Shown here: piece after piece, positions 17,135 through 26,587 of the stretch
How positions within the stretch are numbered: position 1 is the first letter of the stretch
How the letters are laid out: each line of letters starts with the position of its first letter
DNA from: a virus
Taxonomy: Duplodnaviria; Caudoviricetes
Direction: 5' to 3' (one strand)
Virus record (IMG/VR): IMGVR_UViG_3300048080_000045
Span: 1-28,559 of that record
DNA: 28,559 bases
Position numbers and translations under genes: made by a program
The notes under the pieces: model-generated
Databases searched by the model: none
What the model was told of the DNA's origin: nothing
Seen by the model: the letters and a program-made list of their open reading frames with translations, nothing else

Positions 17135-18368
17135 TCTCTTCTACCTTGCAAATCTGAAGTATTGCCTCAATCGTTCGCGTTGTTTCCCCGCCGGTCTTGT
17201 ATCCAGCGGCATAGGTTTCGATGAAATTATCCCAATCGGCGACGGCCAGCGCCGAGTCAACAAGTGCAGGCAAGTCACTCGCTTGCCCGCGTGGGGGGAA
17301 TGTGTGCGCGAAGTCAAAGCCTTCGGTCTGGATATAGCATGATGGGCGGCCCATCATAGCCGCTTTGATGCACAAGTTGCTTGGCCCATGACAGACCACG
17401 ACATCAGCGGCCATCGTCGTGTAAACCTTGTGTGTCCGAGTCACAATCCGCCCCGGCCCGCCCAGGCCCGCCGCTTTCATTTTGTCGGCATAGACCTGCT
17501 CCCTTTGCGGTGCTTCGTTGGGGTGCATGTTGACGATTAGATTAGCGTCTCTCGCCTTCGCTAGTTCAACGACGGCCAAAAACGACTCTTCAAACTCAAC
17601 TTCAAATGTGCTGCGGAGTGAGGTCGTTTGCCCCCAGGTCGTGCCATAGTTGAGAGTCAATCTATCCGGCAGGCCCAACACCCGCCGCGCTTCGGCCTTG
17701 TCTGGTAGATTTGAATCGTATACCCCCTCCCACTCTGGCAAGCCGACCTCAATCATTCTCCAATCGGCAACGCCACAATCCCGATAGAACTGAGTCATAT
17801 AGCGCCCACTGGTGAGTATCCAATCCGTCCGAGTCTGGCGGTGAATGTCCTCTATGCCCGGCAGAAGGTGACAGGCAGCATGAGGCAGGTGAATTGTCGG
17901 AATACGACTGGCCTTGCAGTATAGGACGATTGAGCGCATATCCGGGGTTACATCCTCGTGAACTAAGCACCCAACGATTGATTCTGATTTGACCATATTT
18001 TCGAGTACGGCAATCGTCGTTACCTGCCCTAAAATACGCTCGTGAATGAAACCTGTAAACCATTCCGGTAATTTGCTGTTGAGCGCGGGCGGAACGCCAT
18101 GTCCATATACATTGACGATTCTTTCTGATAGTACTGGCATGTCGCGGATAATATCGGAAGTCAAATTCAACGCATCGCTGAGAACTCGTTCCCGAATCTC
18201 AGAAGTGAAAAATTGACTGGGTGATATGACGTCAATGCCATTCTCACGGGCTACCTGTTCGGCAGCGGGTGCGATGAAGGCCAGCCGGAAATGCTCTGCC
18301 AGTCCCGGCCACAGCGGGCGGGTATTGGCCGCGCCGGAGATAAGAAAAACTGGCTTAGGGTTGCTCAT
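17112..18368 (-). CDS. GT-B fold glycosyltransferase (capsule biosynthesis/CDP-glycerol transferase-like)
   Basis: Probable start MSNPKPVF. Motifs HED..., TIHLPH, D.ILTSG, EVG.P.W, MHPNE and ADVVV...SN...AAMMGRP. Confidence 0.7.
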   Translation of the reverse strand: MSNPKPVFLISGAANTRPLWPGLAEHFRLAFIAPAAEQVARENGIDVISPSQFFTSEIRERVLSDALNLTSDIIRDMPVLSERIVNVYGHGVPPALNSKLPEWFTGFIHERILGQVTTIAVLENMVKSESIVGCLVHEDVTPDMRSIVLYCKASRIPTIHLPHAACHLLPGIEDIHRQTRTDWILTSGRYMTQFYRDCGVADWRMIEVGLPEWEGVYDSNLPDKAEARRVLGLPDRLTLNYGTTWGQTTSLRSTFEVEFEESFLAVVELAKARDANLIVNMHPNEAPQREQVYADKMKAAGLGGPGRIVTRTHKVYTTMAADVVVCHGPSNLCIKAAMMGRPSCYIQTEGFDFAHTFPPRGQASDLPALVDSALAVADWDNFIETYAAGYKTGGETTRTIEAILQICKVEENAVNGQD

Positions 18369-18534
18369 TGAGTTTTGCCGCCTGTTCGTCAAACCACTGC
18401 TTCCAAATTGCGCCGAGTTGCCGCCTGACCTCATACTGAAATACATCTACCAGGTCAACGCCTTTGTATTGCAAGTTGTCGCGCCACTGTTGCGCGAGTG
18501 TTGCATTTATTATTTCTGCTTCGTCTTTGGTCAT
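18355..18534 (-). CDS. 59-aa hypothetical protein
   Basis: MTKDEAEIINATLAQQWRDNLQYKGVDL...; ATGA-coupled to the upstream GT and overlapping the next start. Confidence 0.6.
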   Translation of the reverse strand: MTKDEAEIINATLAQQWRDNLQYKGVDLVDVFQYEVRRQLGAIWKQWFDEQAAKLNEQP

Positions 18535-19862
18535 GCCGCCACCGTCGCCACTTCGTCAATATAGGTAATCCCCGGCAAACGCGCTTTGTTGCCTCGTGTA
18601 ATCTTGTCGGCAATGATGCGCCCGAAGATGTCGCCGTATACGTTTGCGTTTGCTTCAAACGTCACTTTCCGCATTGCCCACGCCTGCCGACTAAGAGCCT
18701 GTTCTTTCTCTCGCTCCAGATATTTAATCTTGTTATCTAATGCCGTAAACCACGCATCGGGTGTATTGTTCACCAGAGTCCCCATGTGATTCAAGTCATT
18801 GTATGTCTCCGATTTTGATGCAACCCAGGGGACACCAGCGCTGAGATACTCTACTGCTTTGAGCCATGACCTTCGTTCATCATAGCCGACGATGGGCGCA
18901 CCCTCGCGCCAGGGCGGGTCAAGCGGGCGGGTATCCAGGGGCGCTATCCCGATGTCGAAGGTTGCTACGACGTGCGGCCAGTCTTCGGGTTTGACGCCAT
19001 CCTGCCGGATAATGCGACCTTCCCATCGTTTGAAAATATAATCCAGCCTGCTTTCATGCCCGCAGAACTTTAGCCGGGCTTGCGGATACTTTTCAAATAT
19101 CCGGTCAAGGGCCTCTATCGCGCCGCTATAAATCCACGAATCAACGTGGGAGATAGACCCGCCCCATCCAATGATAATCTCGCCCGCACTCCCATCTCTT
19201 ACCGTTCCGGTTAATTCATATCGCTCCGGCTTGTCGGGCGGGATAGGCTTATAAGTGTAGGAAATATCCGGCGCGTCTACCGGCTTATGCGCTACTTTTT
19301 CGTACCACGCCCGCCGCGTCCAGTTCGGTATCCAGTAACCAGGGATGATGTGCGCCCAATCAGCACAGATGACCTTTGACGGTGAGGTTAGGGCGTCGGC
19401 GTGCCTCATGCCCTCGGCAAGCGCCTCAATCGGTGCTACCGGGTTATCGCCCATGTTGCGGATCCAATATTGGAAGGCCGGGTTGGAAGGCGGCAAGCCG
19501 GGGTAATGGTCATCCAAGTCTACTACAACTGCCTTTCCGAGCGCGCGCCAGTAATCCATCGCCGCATATACTTCAGGGACAATCACGTTTCGTTGAAAGC
19601 ATAGAACGTCGGCCATACCAAGTGCCTTCTGGACTGTCGGATTATCCCAAGCCAACGCCGTTGGCATGTAATAGAGTTTGATGGTGTGCGGAGTTCGGCC
19701 CGCTTCATGCTCGGCATTGACGGCATTGCCGGGTGAAAGACATCGCCATTCACTGCAATTCCACTCTCCAGGAGATTTTTTCTTTTTTCAAGAATCCGCA
19801 AAGAGATGGATGATATGTAATCCCCCTTGCGGATTCTTCAACTTAGCAGAAGTTGTTGACAC
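18531..19862 (-). CDS. GT4-like glycosyltransferase; probable true start GTG 19862 with internal TGA (19790-19788) needing bypass or readthrough
   Basis: QRN, DLDD, IGWGGS.SH, FDIGIAPL, SWLKAVEY...GVPWVAS motifs. The upstream in-frame segment has a GGGGGTG RBS and reads ...HIIHLFADS*KKKKSPGEWNCSEWRC... Confidence 0.8.
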
Positions 19863-19917
19863 TATGACCACCCCCTTTGTTTACCGTGAATTTAGGCAAT
19901 AACATCTCATTTTCCTA

Positions 19918-19926
19918 TGGTATAAT
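19918..19926 (+). promoter_or_regulatory. Extended -10 promoter, antisense to the virion operon
   Basis: TGGTATAAT (TGn-TATAAT). Confidence 0.6.
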
Positions 19927-19929
19927 TGA

Positions 19930-20045
19930 ACTGTCTAGGTAGTTCGGTTTCTCTGTTATTTCTGTTTATCGCGCTCGCCCATCACCCGGTCTACCTAGAC
20001 AATAGACAGAGTTGTGATTGGGCGAGCATCTTTTAACAGGAGAAT
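19930..20045 (+). ncRNA. Candidate structured small RNA/cis-regulatory element
   Basis: Stems 19932-19942/19991-20001 (11 bp perfect), 19973-19985/20014-20027 and 19949-19958/20034-20044. Confidence 0.45.
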
Positions 20046-20049
20046 TGCC

Positions 20050-20274
20050 TTAGCCATCCCCCTTCTTCCCTTTCTTCGTCTTCACTTCCACTGGCGGATA
20101 TTCTTCTTCAAAATGCAATCGGTCATCCCGCCATATCCAAATCTCAGACCATGATTGGGGATGAGCATCAAGCCAGGCCCGCGCCTCGTCAAGCGAATGA
20201 CAGGTGTGCAGAAAATCCCGCCCGCCGCCGTCCGGTATTTGTCCAGTACCGCCGAAAATCCAGAAGATACCCAC
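20050..20274 (-). CDS. Hypothetical protein
   Basis: AAGGAG RBS; 74 aa. Confidence 0.65.
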   Translation of the reverse strand: MGIFWIFGGTGQIPDGGGRDFLHTCHSLDEARAWLDAHPQSWSEIWIWRDDRLHFEEEYPPVEVKTKKGKKGDG

Positions 20275-20288
20275 GTTATTTTTCTCCT

Positions 20289-20825
20289 TCAGTCATCTCT
20301 CGTTTGCGGGTCGCCACTCGACCCGCCCGGCCCAGGCTCCAGCGCCGCTGGATTAGAGAACATCCCACGAGCAAAGCGCGGCGTTACCCGGTCAGTATCC
20401 CCTTCGATTGTCTCTTTGTCGCTCACGCTGATACCGCCCGCATACATCCGGCTGATATTGGTGACTCCCATTTCTGACAGGTCGAGCGACAACAGCACTT
20501 TCATCAATGCATCAAAATCTTTCTTGAACATATCCGCCCGCGTGCGTTCGTCAGATGATACGCGGGCATTTAGCCTTGACCGTTCGGCCCACCAGGCGCC
20601 ATAAGCGGCATTTGCCTGCTTTGCTACATCATAGGCGTCGGATGTTGACGCAATCGGTGCACTGTATCCAGCGGATTTTATTTGAGAATTGATAATGGCG
20701 CAACCCGTCGAGAGCCACATATTTACGGCGGTTATAGTAGGTGACGTAGACATATCAAAATCTTCGGCCTTGCCGAGTAGATTTTGACAGAGTATCCCAA
20801 CGTCGGAAGCGGAGCAGTAAGCCAT
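20289..20825 (-). CDS. Head-tail adaptor/connector protein
   Basis: MAYCSASDV N-terminus and I..QI...GY..PI pattern are typical of adaptor proteins. Confidence 0.75.
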   Translation of the reverse strand: MAYCSASDVGILCQNLLGKAEDFDMSTSPTITAVNMWLSTGCAIINSQIKSAGYSAPIASTSDAYDVAKQANAAYGAWWAERSRLNARVSSDERTRADMFKKDFDALMKVLLSLDLSEMGVTNISRMYAGGISVSDKETIEGDTDRVTPRFARGMFSNPAALEPGPGGSSGDPQTRDD

Positions 20826-20838
20826 AGAAAGCCAATCC

Positions 20839-21120
20839 TTAAAGCTTCTGTTGAATTATAGCACTTGCGCCCGTTCCAGATATGCTCGCCGCCGCCCAGC
20901 CATAATTTGAAATGAATGGCCCAAACATCTGCGTTGTAAGCGGTGAGGCAATGATTACCTGAAACGGCGATCCGGTTGCCGATGCTCCGACAAACCACAT
21001 GACTGATCCGCTCGCGCCCGCAGTCGCCAGACCTACCCATGTCCATCGCGCTGGACTAGCCGGAGCAAATGAGGCCGATACGGTAAAAATACTTGCAGTA
21101 TTGGGAACTAGAATTGCCAT
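20839..21120 (-). CDS. Small Ser/Ala-rich virion protein
   Basis: Probable start MAILVPN, 1 nt after the upstream stop with GGAG RBS. Confidence 0.65.
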   Translation of the reverse strand: MAILVPNTASIFTVSASFAPASPARWTWVGLATAGASGSVMWFVGASATGSPFQVIIASPLTTQMFGPFISNYGWAAASISGTGASAIIQQKL

Positions 21121-21121
21121 G

Positions 21122-21406
21122 TTATATCTCCGATGTATCCCGAACCTGAATGAAAAACGTCCTGTCATTCGTCCGGCTTCCAGATGTTGCAATTTTATTG
21201 GTCACGGAATATAGCGTCGAAGCTGTGCCGCCGCTCAGGAAAATTGAGGCACAGGCCGAAGTGCTGGCCGTAGAAACTTGAGTCAAACCAACAGGCACAA
21301 CCCAGCACGAAGTCGTAATCGTGTCCGTGCCAATCCAGGTTGTCCAATCTATCTGATAATCCAATATCGCACTTGGCGATTTCGTATAAGTTCTTACCTG
21401 ACTCAT
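21122..21406 (-). CDS. Phage fibre adaptor-like protein
   Basis: K.P.AILDY.IDW..W...DTI..S.W...LSGG.....Y.VTN.I.T..SRT.DRT motif. Confidence 0.7.
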   Translation of the reverse strand: MSQVRTYTKSPSAILDYQIDWTTWIGTDTITTSCWVVPVGLTQVSTASTSACASIFLSGGTASTLYSVTNKIATSGSRTNDRTFFIQVRDTSEI

Positions 21407-21726
21407 TAGGTCATGCTCCTTGATTCAGGCGGCACGCGGATAATACGCTCATCAGACTCAACCAATAACTGGCGGGACAGCGCTGGAATTCTTACAGACC
21501 TCAATTCGTCGTCAACTAAAAACCAGCGCGGATGATAAGGGACGCGATATGTCCTGTCTCCAGGCGGTTCAATAACGATGATAATAATAACCGCCACCAC
21601 ACCGCGATACAGCCATGTCATTTGTTGGCGGTCGTTAGCATCCGTCGTTGCGTCTGCCGATGGCATGACGATAATCGGCAAAGAATTTATGGCTGAGGCG
21701 CGTTTATCCCGGCTATCTATTGCCAT
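21406..21726 (-). CDS. Hypothetical virion-associated protein
   Basis: MAIDSRDKRAS...DRQQ..WLY.G; coupled to neighbouring genes. Confidence 0.7.
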   Translation of the reverse strand: MAIDSRDKRASAINSLPIIVMPSADATTDANDRQQMTWLYRGVVAVIIIIVIEPPGDRTYRVPYHPRWFLVDDELRSVRIPALSRQLLVESDERIIRVPPESRSMT

Positions 21727-24407
21727 TATCCGCTTACCATCTTTTCGCGGCTAAAAATGCTGGCCGCGCTATCGGCTATGCTTGCCTTTGCAATCACCGT
21801 TCCAGCATTATTCGTAATCTGAATACACCCGCTGGAAGTGCTTGCCGAATTGCGAAGAGCCATGTATAGAAGTTGCATTGCTTGTTCAAGCGTAGGTGTT
21901 GCCGATGGTTGCCCGACTCCTAGCTCAGTCATGCTGATACCTGTCAGGGTAACAATCGCAAATCGTGATGCGGCACTATCGGCAATCTCGGCGCTTGTCA
22001 GAGACGAAGCCGAAAATTTGCAAGCCGATATGGTGGATGCCGCAAAAGCCGCCGCGTGGATACTGTTCGCCGCCAGAGTAGAAGCGGCAATAGTAGAAGC
22101 CGCCATAGCGCCTACGCTAGAGTCCATCCGTCCACCGACGAGCGCGGCGGGTATCCGGGTCTGAATATCATCGGTATCAGATTGAACGGTTGATAGAGCC
22201 GCAGATGTAGCCAGGCCGGATTGAATCTCTGTCACTGCATCCGTTGCCAGAGCCGCCGCGTCCAATGCGTTAGCCGAAATCTTGCAAGCACTAATCGTGC
22301 TCGCGGCAATTGCCGCCGCGTGGATACTGTCAGCGGCAAACGTCGAAGCGACAATTAGAGATGCACCAATGCTCGTCAATGTCCGAGTCGCGCTCTGCCA
22401 AATCTCGTCCGCCGCCCCTTGCGTGAATTCACTCACCCCAATAGATGAGGCGGCCATAATGTTTTCCGAGATGGCACACGCTCCGAACTTGGCGTTGGTT
22501 AAAGTGCTGGCTGCTACGTGAGACGAGTCAATCGCATTCGCCCCAATTTTGGATGCGGTCAAAGTTGACGCGCCGATGATGTCGGCGGTAATAGCAGCCG
22601 TTGCGAACTTGGCATTCGTCAATGCGCTGGCCGCAATCGCCCCGGCATTGATGGTATTATCCGCCATCGCCGCCGCGTCAATGGCATCGGCCTGGAAGGA
22701 TGAGGCATTGATAGCCGATGCACCTGTACCCGTAATCGTCCGAGTAGTTGTTGACCAGGCTTTATCCGCCGCTCCTTGAGCGAACTCGTTAGCGCCTATC
22801 GCATCTGTCGCAATGGAAACCGCATCAATAGCGCCCGCCTGAAAGGTGCTGGCCGTGATTGCGCTGGCAGTCAGAGTCCGGGTCGTACTACTCCAAATCT
22901 GGTCAAGCGCCGCCTGAGTAATCTCGCTTATCCCGATGGACGACGCGCCCATTATATTTTCCGATATAGCACAAGCGGCGAACTTGGCATTTGCCAAAGT
23001 GGAAGCGGCGAGAGTAGCAGCCTCAATTGAATTCGCCGCGAACTTGGATGCGGTGAGGATAGACGCTCCCAGAGTATCGGCTACAAGAGCGCCACTGCCG
23101 AACTTGGTAACGGTCAAGGTGCTGGCCGCTATTGCTCCAGCGTCTATCGCATTGTCGGCAATCGCAACTGCGTCAATCGCTCCAGCCTGGAAAGTGGAAG
23201 CAGTTATAGCCGAAGCTGTGAGCGTACGGGTTGTGAAATTCCAAATATCGGTCGTCGTCGGAGCGGTTGCGCCTGGGATTGACCCAAACGGCAGAACGAC
23301 GAACACCGAATCGTTAGCAGGCGCAGTGATGAAATTCGAGTTGGGAATTGCTACACGAGTTGACGGGAAATCAGACAATACCCGCGATTGCCCGCTTCCC
23401 GTTCCGCCGACAATCATTAGCATCGTGTTATTGAAGAAACTCGCCGCGCTGGGGCTGTCATCTCTGAATGTAATTGTCCCTGCCGCACCTGCACAGGCCG
23501 TCCCACTGTAAAGCGGTTGCATCCGTTGGCCGAAGGTATTGTTGGTCGTATGTATCCCGCTGGCCGCTTCTTCCCAAACCAGGCCCGCGATGTTAGACGC
23601 CGCGCTTTGGGCAAACTCACTCACGCCGATTGCCGAGGCCCCGATTGCCACCGAGTCAATTGCGCCAACGCCGAAGGTAGAAGCGACAATCATAGAAGCA
23701 TTTAGGGCGGTGAGTGTCCGGGTTGCGCTACTCCAAGTTTGGTCAATTGCGGCTTGCGTTATCTCGCTTATGCCGATAGATGATGCCGCCATGATATTCT
23801 CGGAGATAGCGCAGGCTCCGAATTTGGCATTGGTCAAGGTTGACGCCGCAACTGTAGCCGCTTCGATGCTATTTGCGGAGAACTTGGAAGCGGTCAGCGT
23901 AGAAGCGGCAATGTGAGACGAATCAATGCTGTTGGCCGAAATATTGCAGGCAGAGAGAGTCGAGGCATTGACTGCCGCCGCGTGAATTGCATTGGCGGCA
24001 ATAGCCGAAGCGTTGATAGCCGAAGCCGCGATACTTCCGATTGTGACTTGACTGGAGCTATTGACAGCAATCCCTGTACCGCTCGTAGTGGGGAATGCTA
24101 GGTCTTTTAGTTGACGAGTAGCAGTATAGATAACTCCAATTGCTTCTTTGGCGCTGGCTGTTGTCGAAATGGCTTTGTAAATGACAATATCGGCGTCCAT
24201 CTCTGTCGAGGCACACGACAAAGTGTAAACGCCTTGACTAGCGCCAATCTCGGCAGGAGCATTGCTCGCCGCCGAAAATCCCGCGCCGTCCTTGCTAATG
24301 CAAGCTGCTAAACCTGCGCCGCCTTTTATGATTGCGCCACTGGCATCATAAATGGGGAAGGCAACTAAGAGCGAGGCTCCCTTGAGAGGCGGGGTATCGC
24401 TGGACAT
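21726..24407 (-). CDS. 893-aa Ala/Ser-rich repetitive fibre protein (head/collar fibre-like)
   Basis: 10-aa periodic repeats (IAASTLTASK/FSANSIEAAT) plus a larger block repeated three times. Confidence 0.75.
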   Translation of the reverse strand: MSSDTPPLKGASLLVAFPIYDASGAIIKGGAGLAACISKDGAGFSAASNAPAEIGASQGVYTLSCASTEMDADIVIYKAISTTASAKEAIGVIYTATRQLKDLAFPTTSGTGIAVNSSSQVTIGSIAASAINASAIAANAIHAAAVNASTLSACNISANSIDSSHIAASTLTASKFSANSIEAATVAASTLTNAKFGACAISENIMAASSIGISEITQAAIDQTWSSATRTLTALNASMIVASTFGVGAIDSVAIGASAIGVSEFAQSAASNIAGLVWEEAASGIHTTNNTFGQRMQPLYSGTACAGAAGTITFRDDSPSAASFFNNTMLMIVGGTGSGQSRVLSDFPSTRVAIPNSNFITAPANDSVFVVLPFGSIPGATAPTTTDIWNFTTRTLTASAITASTFQAGAIDAVAIADNAIDAGAIAASTLTVTKFGSGALVADTLGASILTASKFAANSIEAATLAASTLANAKFAACAISENIMGASSIGISEITQAALDQIWSSTTRTLTASAITASTFQAGAIDAVSIATDAIGANEFAQGAADKAWSTTTRTITGTGASAINASSFQADAIDAAAMADNTINAGAIAASALTNAKFATAAITADIIGASTLTASKIGANAIDSSHVAASTLTNAKFGACAISENIMAASSIGVSEFTQGAADEIWQSATRTLTSIGASLIVASTFAADSIHAAAIAASTISACKISANALDAAALATDAVTEIQSGLATSAALSTVQSDTDDIQTRIPAALVGGRMDSSVGAMAASTIAASTLAANSIHAAAFAASTISACKFSASSLTSAEIADSAASRFAIVTLTGISMTELGVGQPSATPTLEQAMQLLYMALRNSASTSSGCIQITNNAGTVIAKASIADSAASIFSREKMVSG

Positions 24408-25196
24408 TTATATAGGATTCCATGAGCGCGGGCGGTCGTTATATCCCGGCGCGAATACCGTACCTTGTTGCCGATGCTTGACGGGTTGAATGACTTCACC
24501 TCCCCCTACAGGAACTACGATTTTGGGAACGAGATAATACGACTGTGCGCCCCACGAAACGGGCGGCGGGTCTTCATCGGTCAATGTCCCGGCCGCGGTC
24601 CAGGGATGAACATTGCCCAATAAATCAATGATTCGTTCTCCGCTTCCGGGAAATATAGGCCACCAGCCATACAAACTATCACGTCTTACTGGATAGGCAA
24701 CATTCATCTCCTGTAAAATTTCGGTGGCTGTCAATTGAATCCCTTCCCACGCCTTGACATAGGCCACCCGTCCATTAAAAGGACGAGAATTTCCAGAGAA
24801 CTCTGCCCCGATTTCAAAGCGGGTATTAGCTAATCCGCCATTACTAGCGCGAGCAAGGGTAATATCAAGCACGCCGTTGAGATAGGCCCGGAGATTTGAA
24901 CCATCTAAAGGCGCGGCATCGCGAGTTAGAGCAATGTGATACCAAGTTCCTACCGCTAGATTTGTTCCATTTGCCCCTGCCGCCCCGTCATAGACCCTAA
25001 GCGTCGTGCCATCCGAATTCAATCCGATGCGGTCAATATTGGCTACATCGTTATCATTGAGACACATGAACACACCAAGCGCGTTGAGGTCGGTGACAAT
25101 CTGAAACCATCCCATGATCGTATATAGACCCAGCCTTACAAGCGGGTCTGTAGAAATCAACAGGCGGTCGGCGGCGGCATCAAATCTAACAGCCAC
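24408..25196 (-). CDS. LamG/concanavalin A-like domain protein
   Basis: TIMGW...GTWYHIALT...YLNG...IG...FNGRVA.VKAW...LTATEI. Confidence 0.8.
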   Translation of the reverse strand: MAVRFDAAADRLLISTDPLVRLGLYTIMGWFQIVTDLNALGVFMCLNDNDVANIDRIGLNSDGTTLRVYDGAAGANGTNLAVGTWYHIALTRDAAPLDGSNLRAYLNGVLDITLARASNGGLANTRFEIGAEFSGNSRPFNGRVAYVKAWEGIQLTATEILQEMNVAYPVRRDSLYGWWPIFPGSGERIIDLLGNVHPWTAAGTLTDEDPPPVSWGAQSYYLVPKIVVPVGGGEVIQPVKHRQQGTVFAPGYNDRPRSWNPI

Positions 25197-25690
25197 TATT
25201 GGCTATCCCGAAATTCAAGAGCCGTGTTGTAATAATCGCCCGCCGCATTATCACTTCCGCTCGTTGCATTGCGACCAAGACGTAATCGGAAATAGTCGCC
25301 TACAACTAAACTGCCGGTATTGGTGAGTTGCATTGATGCCGTGAACGGGTAGCCTGCCGATGCAGGTACGCCTATCGCACAGGTTGAGTTAGCCGTATCC
25401 CAATAAGATGCTGAGCCAATATCTGAGGCATCGCCGGGTGTTACTGCTTCAATAAAAAATTGTAATATCAGACTGCCGCTCGTTGCCGTTGCCATTGCGC
25501 CATGAGCGAACACCTTAAATGGTGTAGTAATGCCGCTAGGAGCAATCGCCGTCCATTGTGCATACTCGGCGCTCGCCGCATCATAAGCCAGTACCGGACG
25601 GCGTTGACTGGCATTCAGTGTCGTCAGTTGAGCAAATGAGGCGCTAAGATATTCGGCAGCATTGGGGACGAATGTATACAGAGTTGCCAT
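25196..25690 (-). CDS. Hypothetical virion protein (beta-sandwich)
   Basis: 164 aa, coupled to the LamG gene; GD...LRLGR.A....D...GD. Confidence 0.7.
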   Translation of the reverse strand: MATLYTFVPNAAEYLSASFAQLTTLNASQRRPVLAYDAASAEYAQWTAIAPSGITTPFKVFAHGAMATATSGSLILQFFIEAVTPGDASDIGSASYWDTANSTCAIGVPASAGYPFTASMQLTNTGSLVVGDYFRLRLGRNATSGSDNAAGDYYNTALEFRDSQ

Positions 25691-25698
25691 GATGAGCC

Positions 25699-25953
25699 TT
25701 ACGAGAAATCAAAGCGACGAGCAATGATGAGCATCAGAATAAGCGCCTTCTGTTTTGCTGATAACGTTCCTCGTGCCGGTTGAGGCAGAGCCGCATTGAA
25801 ACTGGACGCATTGTCATCTATCCATTGATCGGCGGCATTAACTGCCGCTCGTAGTTCCGGCTTTTTGATTCCGCACGGCAAAGCGCGGTCACTGAACTCG
25901 CGCATGATGCGCTCGTATAAATGCAGGCGTTCTAAATCTGACAACGCGGCCAT
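25699..25953 (-). CDS. Hypothetical protein
   Basis: 84 aa; K.ELRAAVNAADQW.DDNA.SFN.ALPQPAR. Confidence 0.7.
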   Translation of the reverse strand: MAALSDLERLHLYERIMREFSDRALPCGIKKPELRAAVNAADQWIDDNASSFNAALPQPARGTLSAKQKALILMLIIARRFDFS

Positions 25954-26009
25954 AGAAAATTTACCTTTTTGGTTTTCGGGGTTTTGGCTTCGCCATCGCG
26001 TTCACCAGT

Positions 26010-26042
26010 GGCCGGGAGCGGAGAGGATGGCCGCTCCCGGCC
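26010..26042 (-). terminator. GC-rich hairpin after the second cement gene
   Basis: 12-bp perfect stem GGCCGGGAGCGG/CCGCTCCCGGCC; no U-tract. Confidence 0.45.
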
Positions 26043-26063
26043 TGAGGAAGGGGGAGAGATAAC

Positions 26064-26513
26064 TTAGCTGGCAGACACCGGGCTAGTCGAGAACCAACCC
26101 ATCGTATTCAGGAAAACTTCACCAGTCGTACTTGATCCACTATTAGAAGCAGTCAGCCATCGGCCCATCGTCACGATGCACGCACCACCGGGGCCAGGAG
26201 TAATATAGCCATCCGACCCAGCGGTAATGAGAGTGCCGGGCTTTAGCCAGCAGGCCGCCGGGCAAGCGGTAACAGTCGAACGCCCGAACATCCTGACGCG
26301 GGCAGGCTGGCCCGCCGTCGGCGCGTTTTGCAACACACCCCAGGGGATGGGGTTGGATGCGCCGGTTGCCAGGATGACCTCGCCGGCAATAGAACCAGGA
26401 GAGACAAATCGGCCTAGACCCGATACGCTCAGGTTGACGGCGGCGGTAAACATCTCGTCGGCTACGAAGCCGCCGAGCGCCCGAAGTTTAGTTCTTACAT
26501 TTTGTCCAGCCAT
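26064..26513 (-). CDS. Capsid cement/decoration protein paralog 2
   Basis: GSIAGEVILATGASNPIPWGVLQNAP..GQ.A.V.M.G is shared with 27527-27952. Confidence 0.7.
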   Translation of the reverse strand: MAGQNVRTKLRALGGFVADEMFTAAVNLSVSGLGRFVSPGSIAGEVILATGASNPIPWGVLQNAPTAGQPARVRMFGRSTVTACPAACWLKPGTLITAGSDGYITPGPGGACIVTMGRWLTASNSGSSTTGEVFLNTMGWFSTSPVSAS

Positions 26514-26528
26514 GATAGACGATCCTTT

Positions 26529-26574
26529 CGCGGCCCGTTCATGGCGCGAGTCTTATGACTGCGAACGGGCCGCG
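26529..26574 (-). other. Hairpin between major capsid and cement 2
   Basis: 12-bp perfect stem CGCGGCCCGTTC/GAACGGGCCGCG with an inner AGTC/GACT stem; abuts the next RBS. Confidence 0.6.
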
Positions 26575-26587
26575 CTTAGAGTGTCAG

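Noticed and set aside
19788-19790. Selenocysteine UGA in the GT gene
   Set aside because: The strong hairpin is 5' of the UGA. The 3' sequence is an unstructured A-run rather than a bacterial SECIS, and the position is not an evident Cys site.
21838-24311. Plus-strand ORFs opposite the fibre gene (and similar antisense ORFs elsewhere)
   Set aside because: These are shadow frames of Ala/Ser-rich or GC-rich coding sequence, with no RBS or recognisable motifs.
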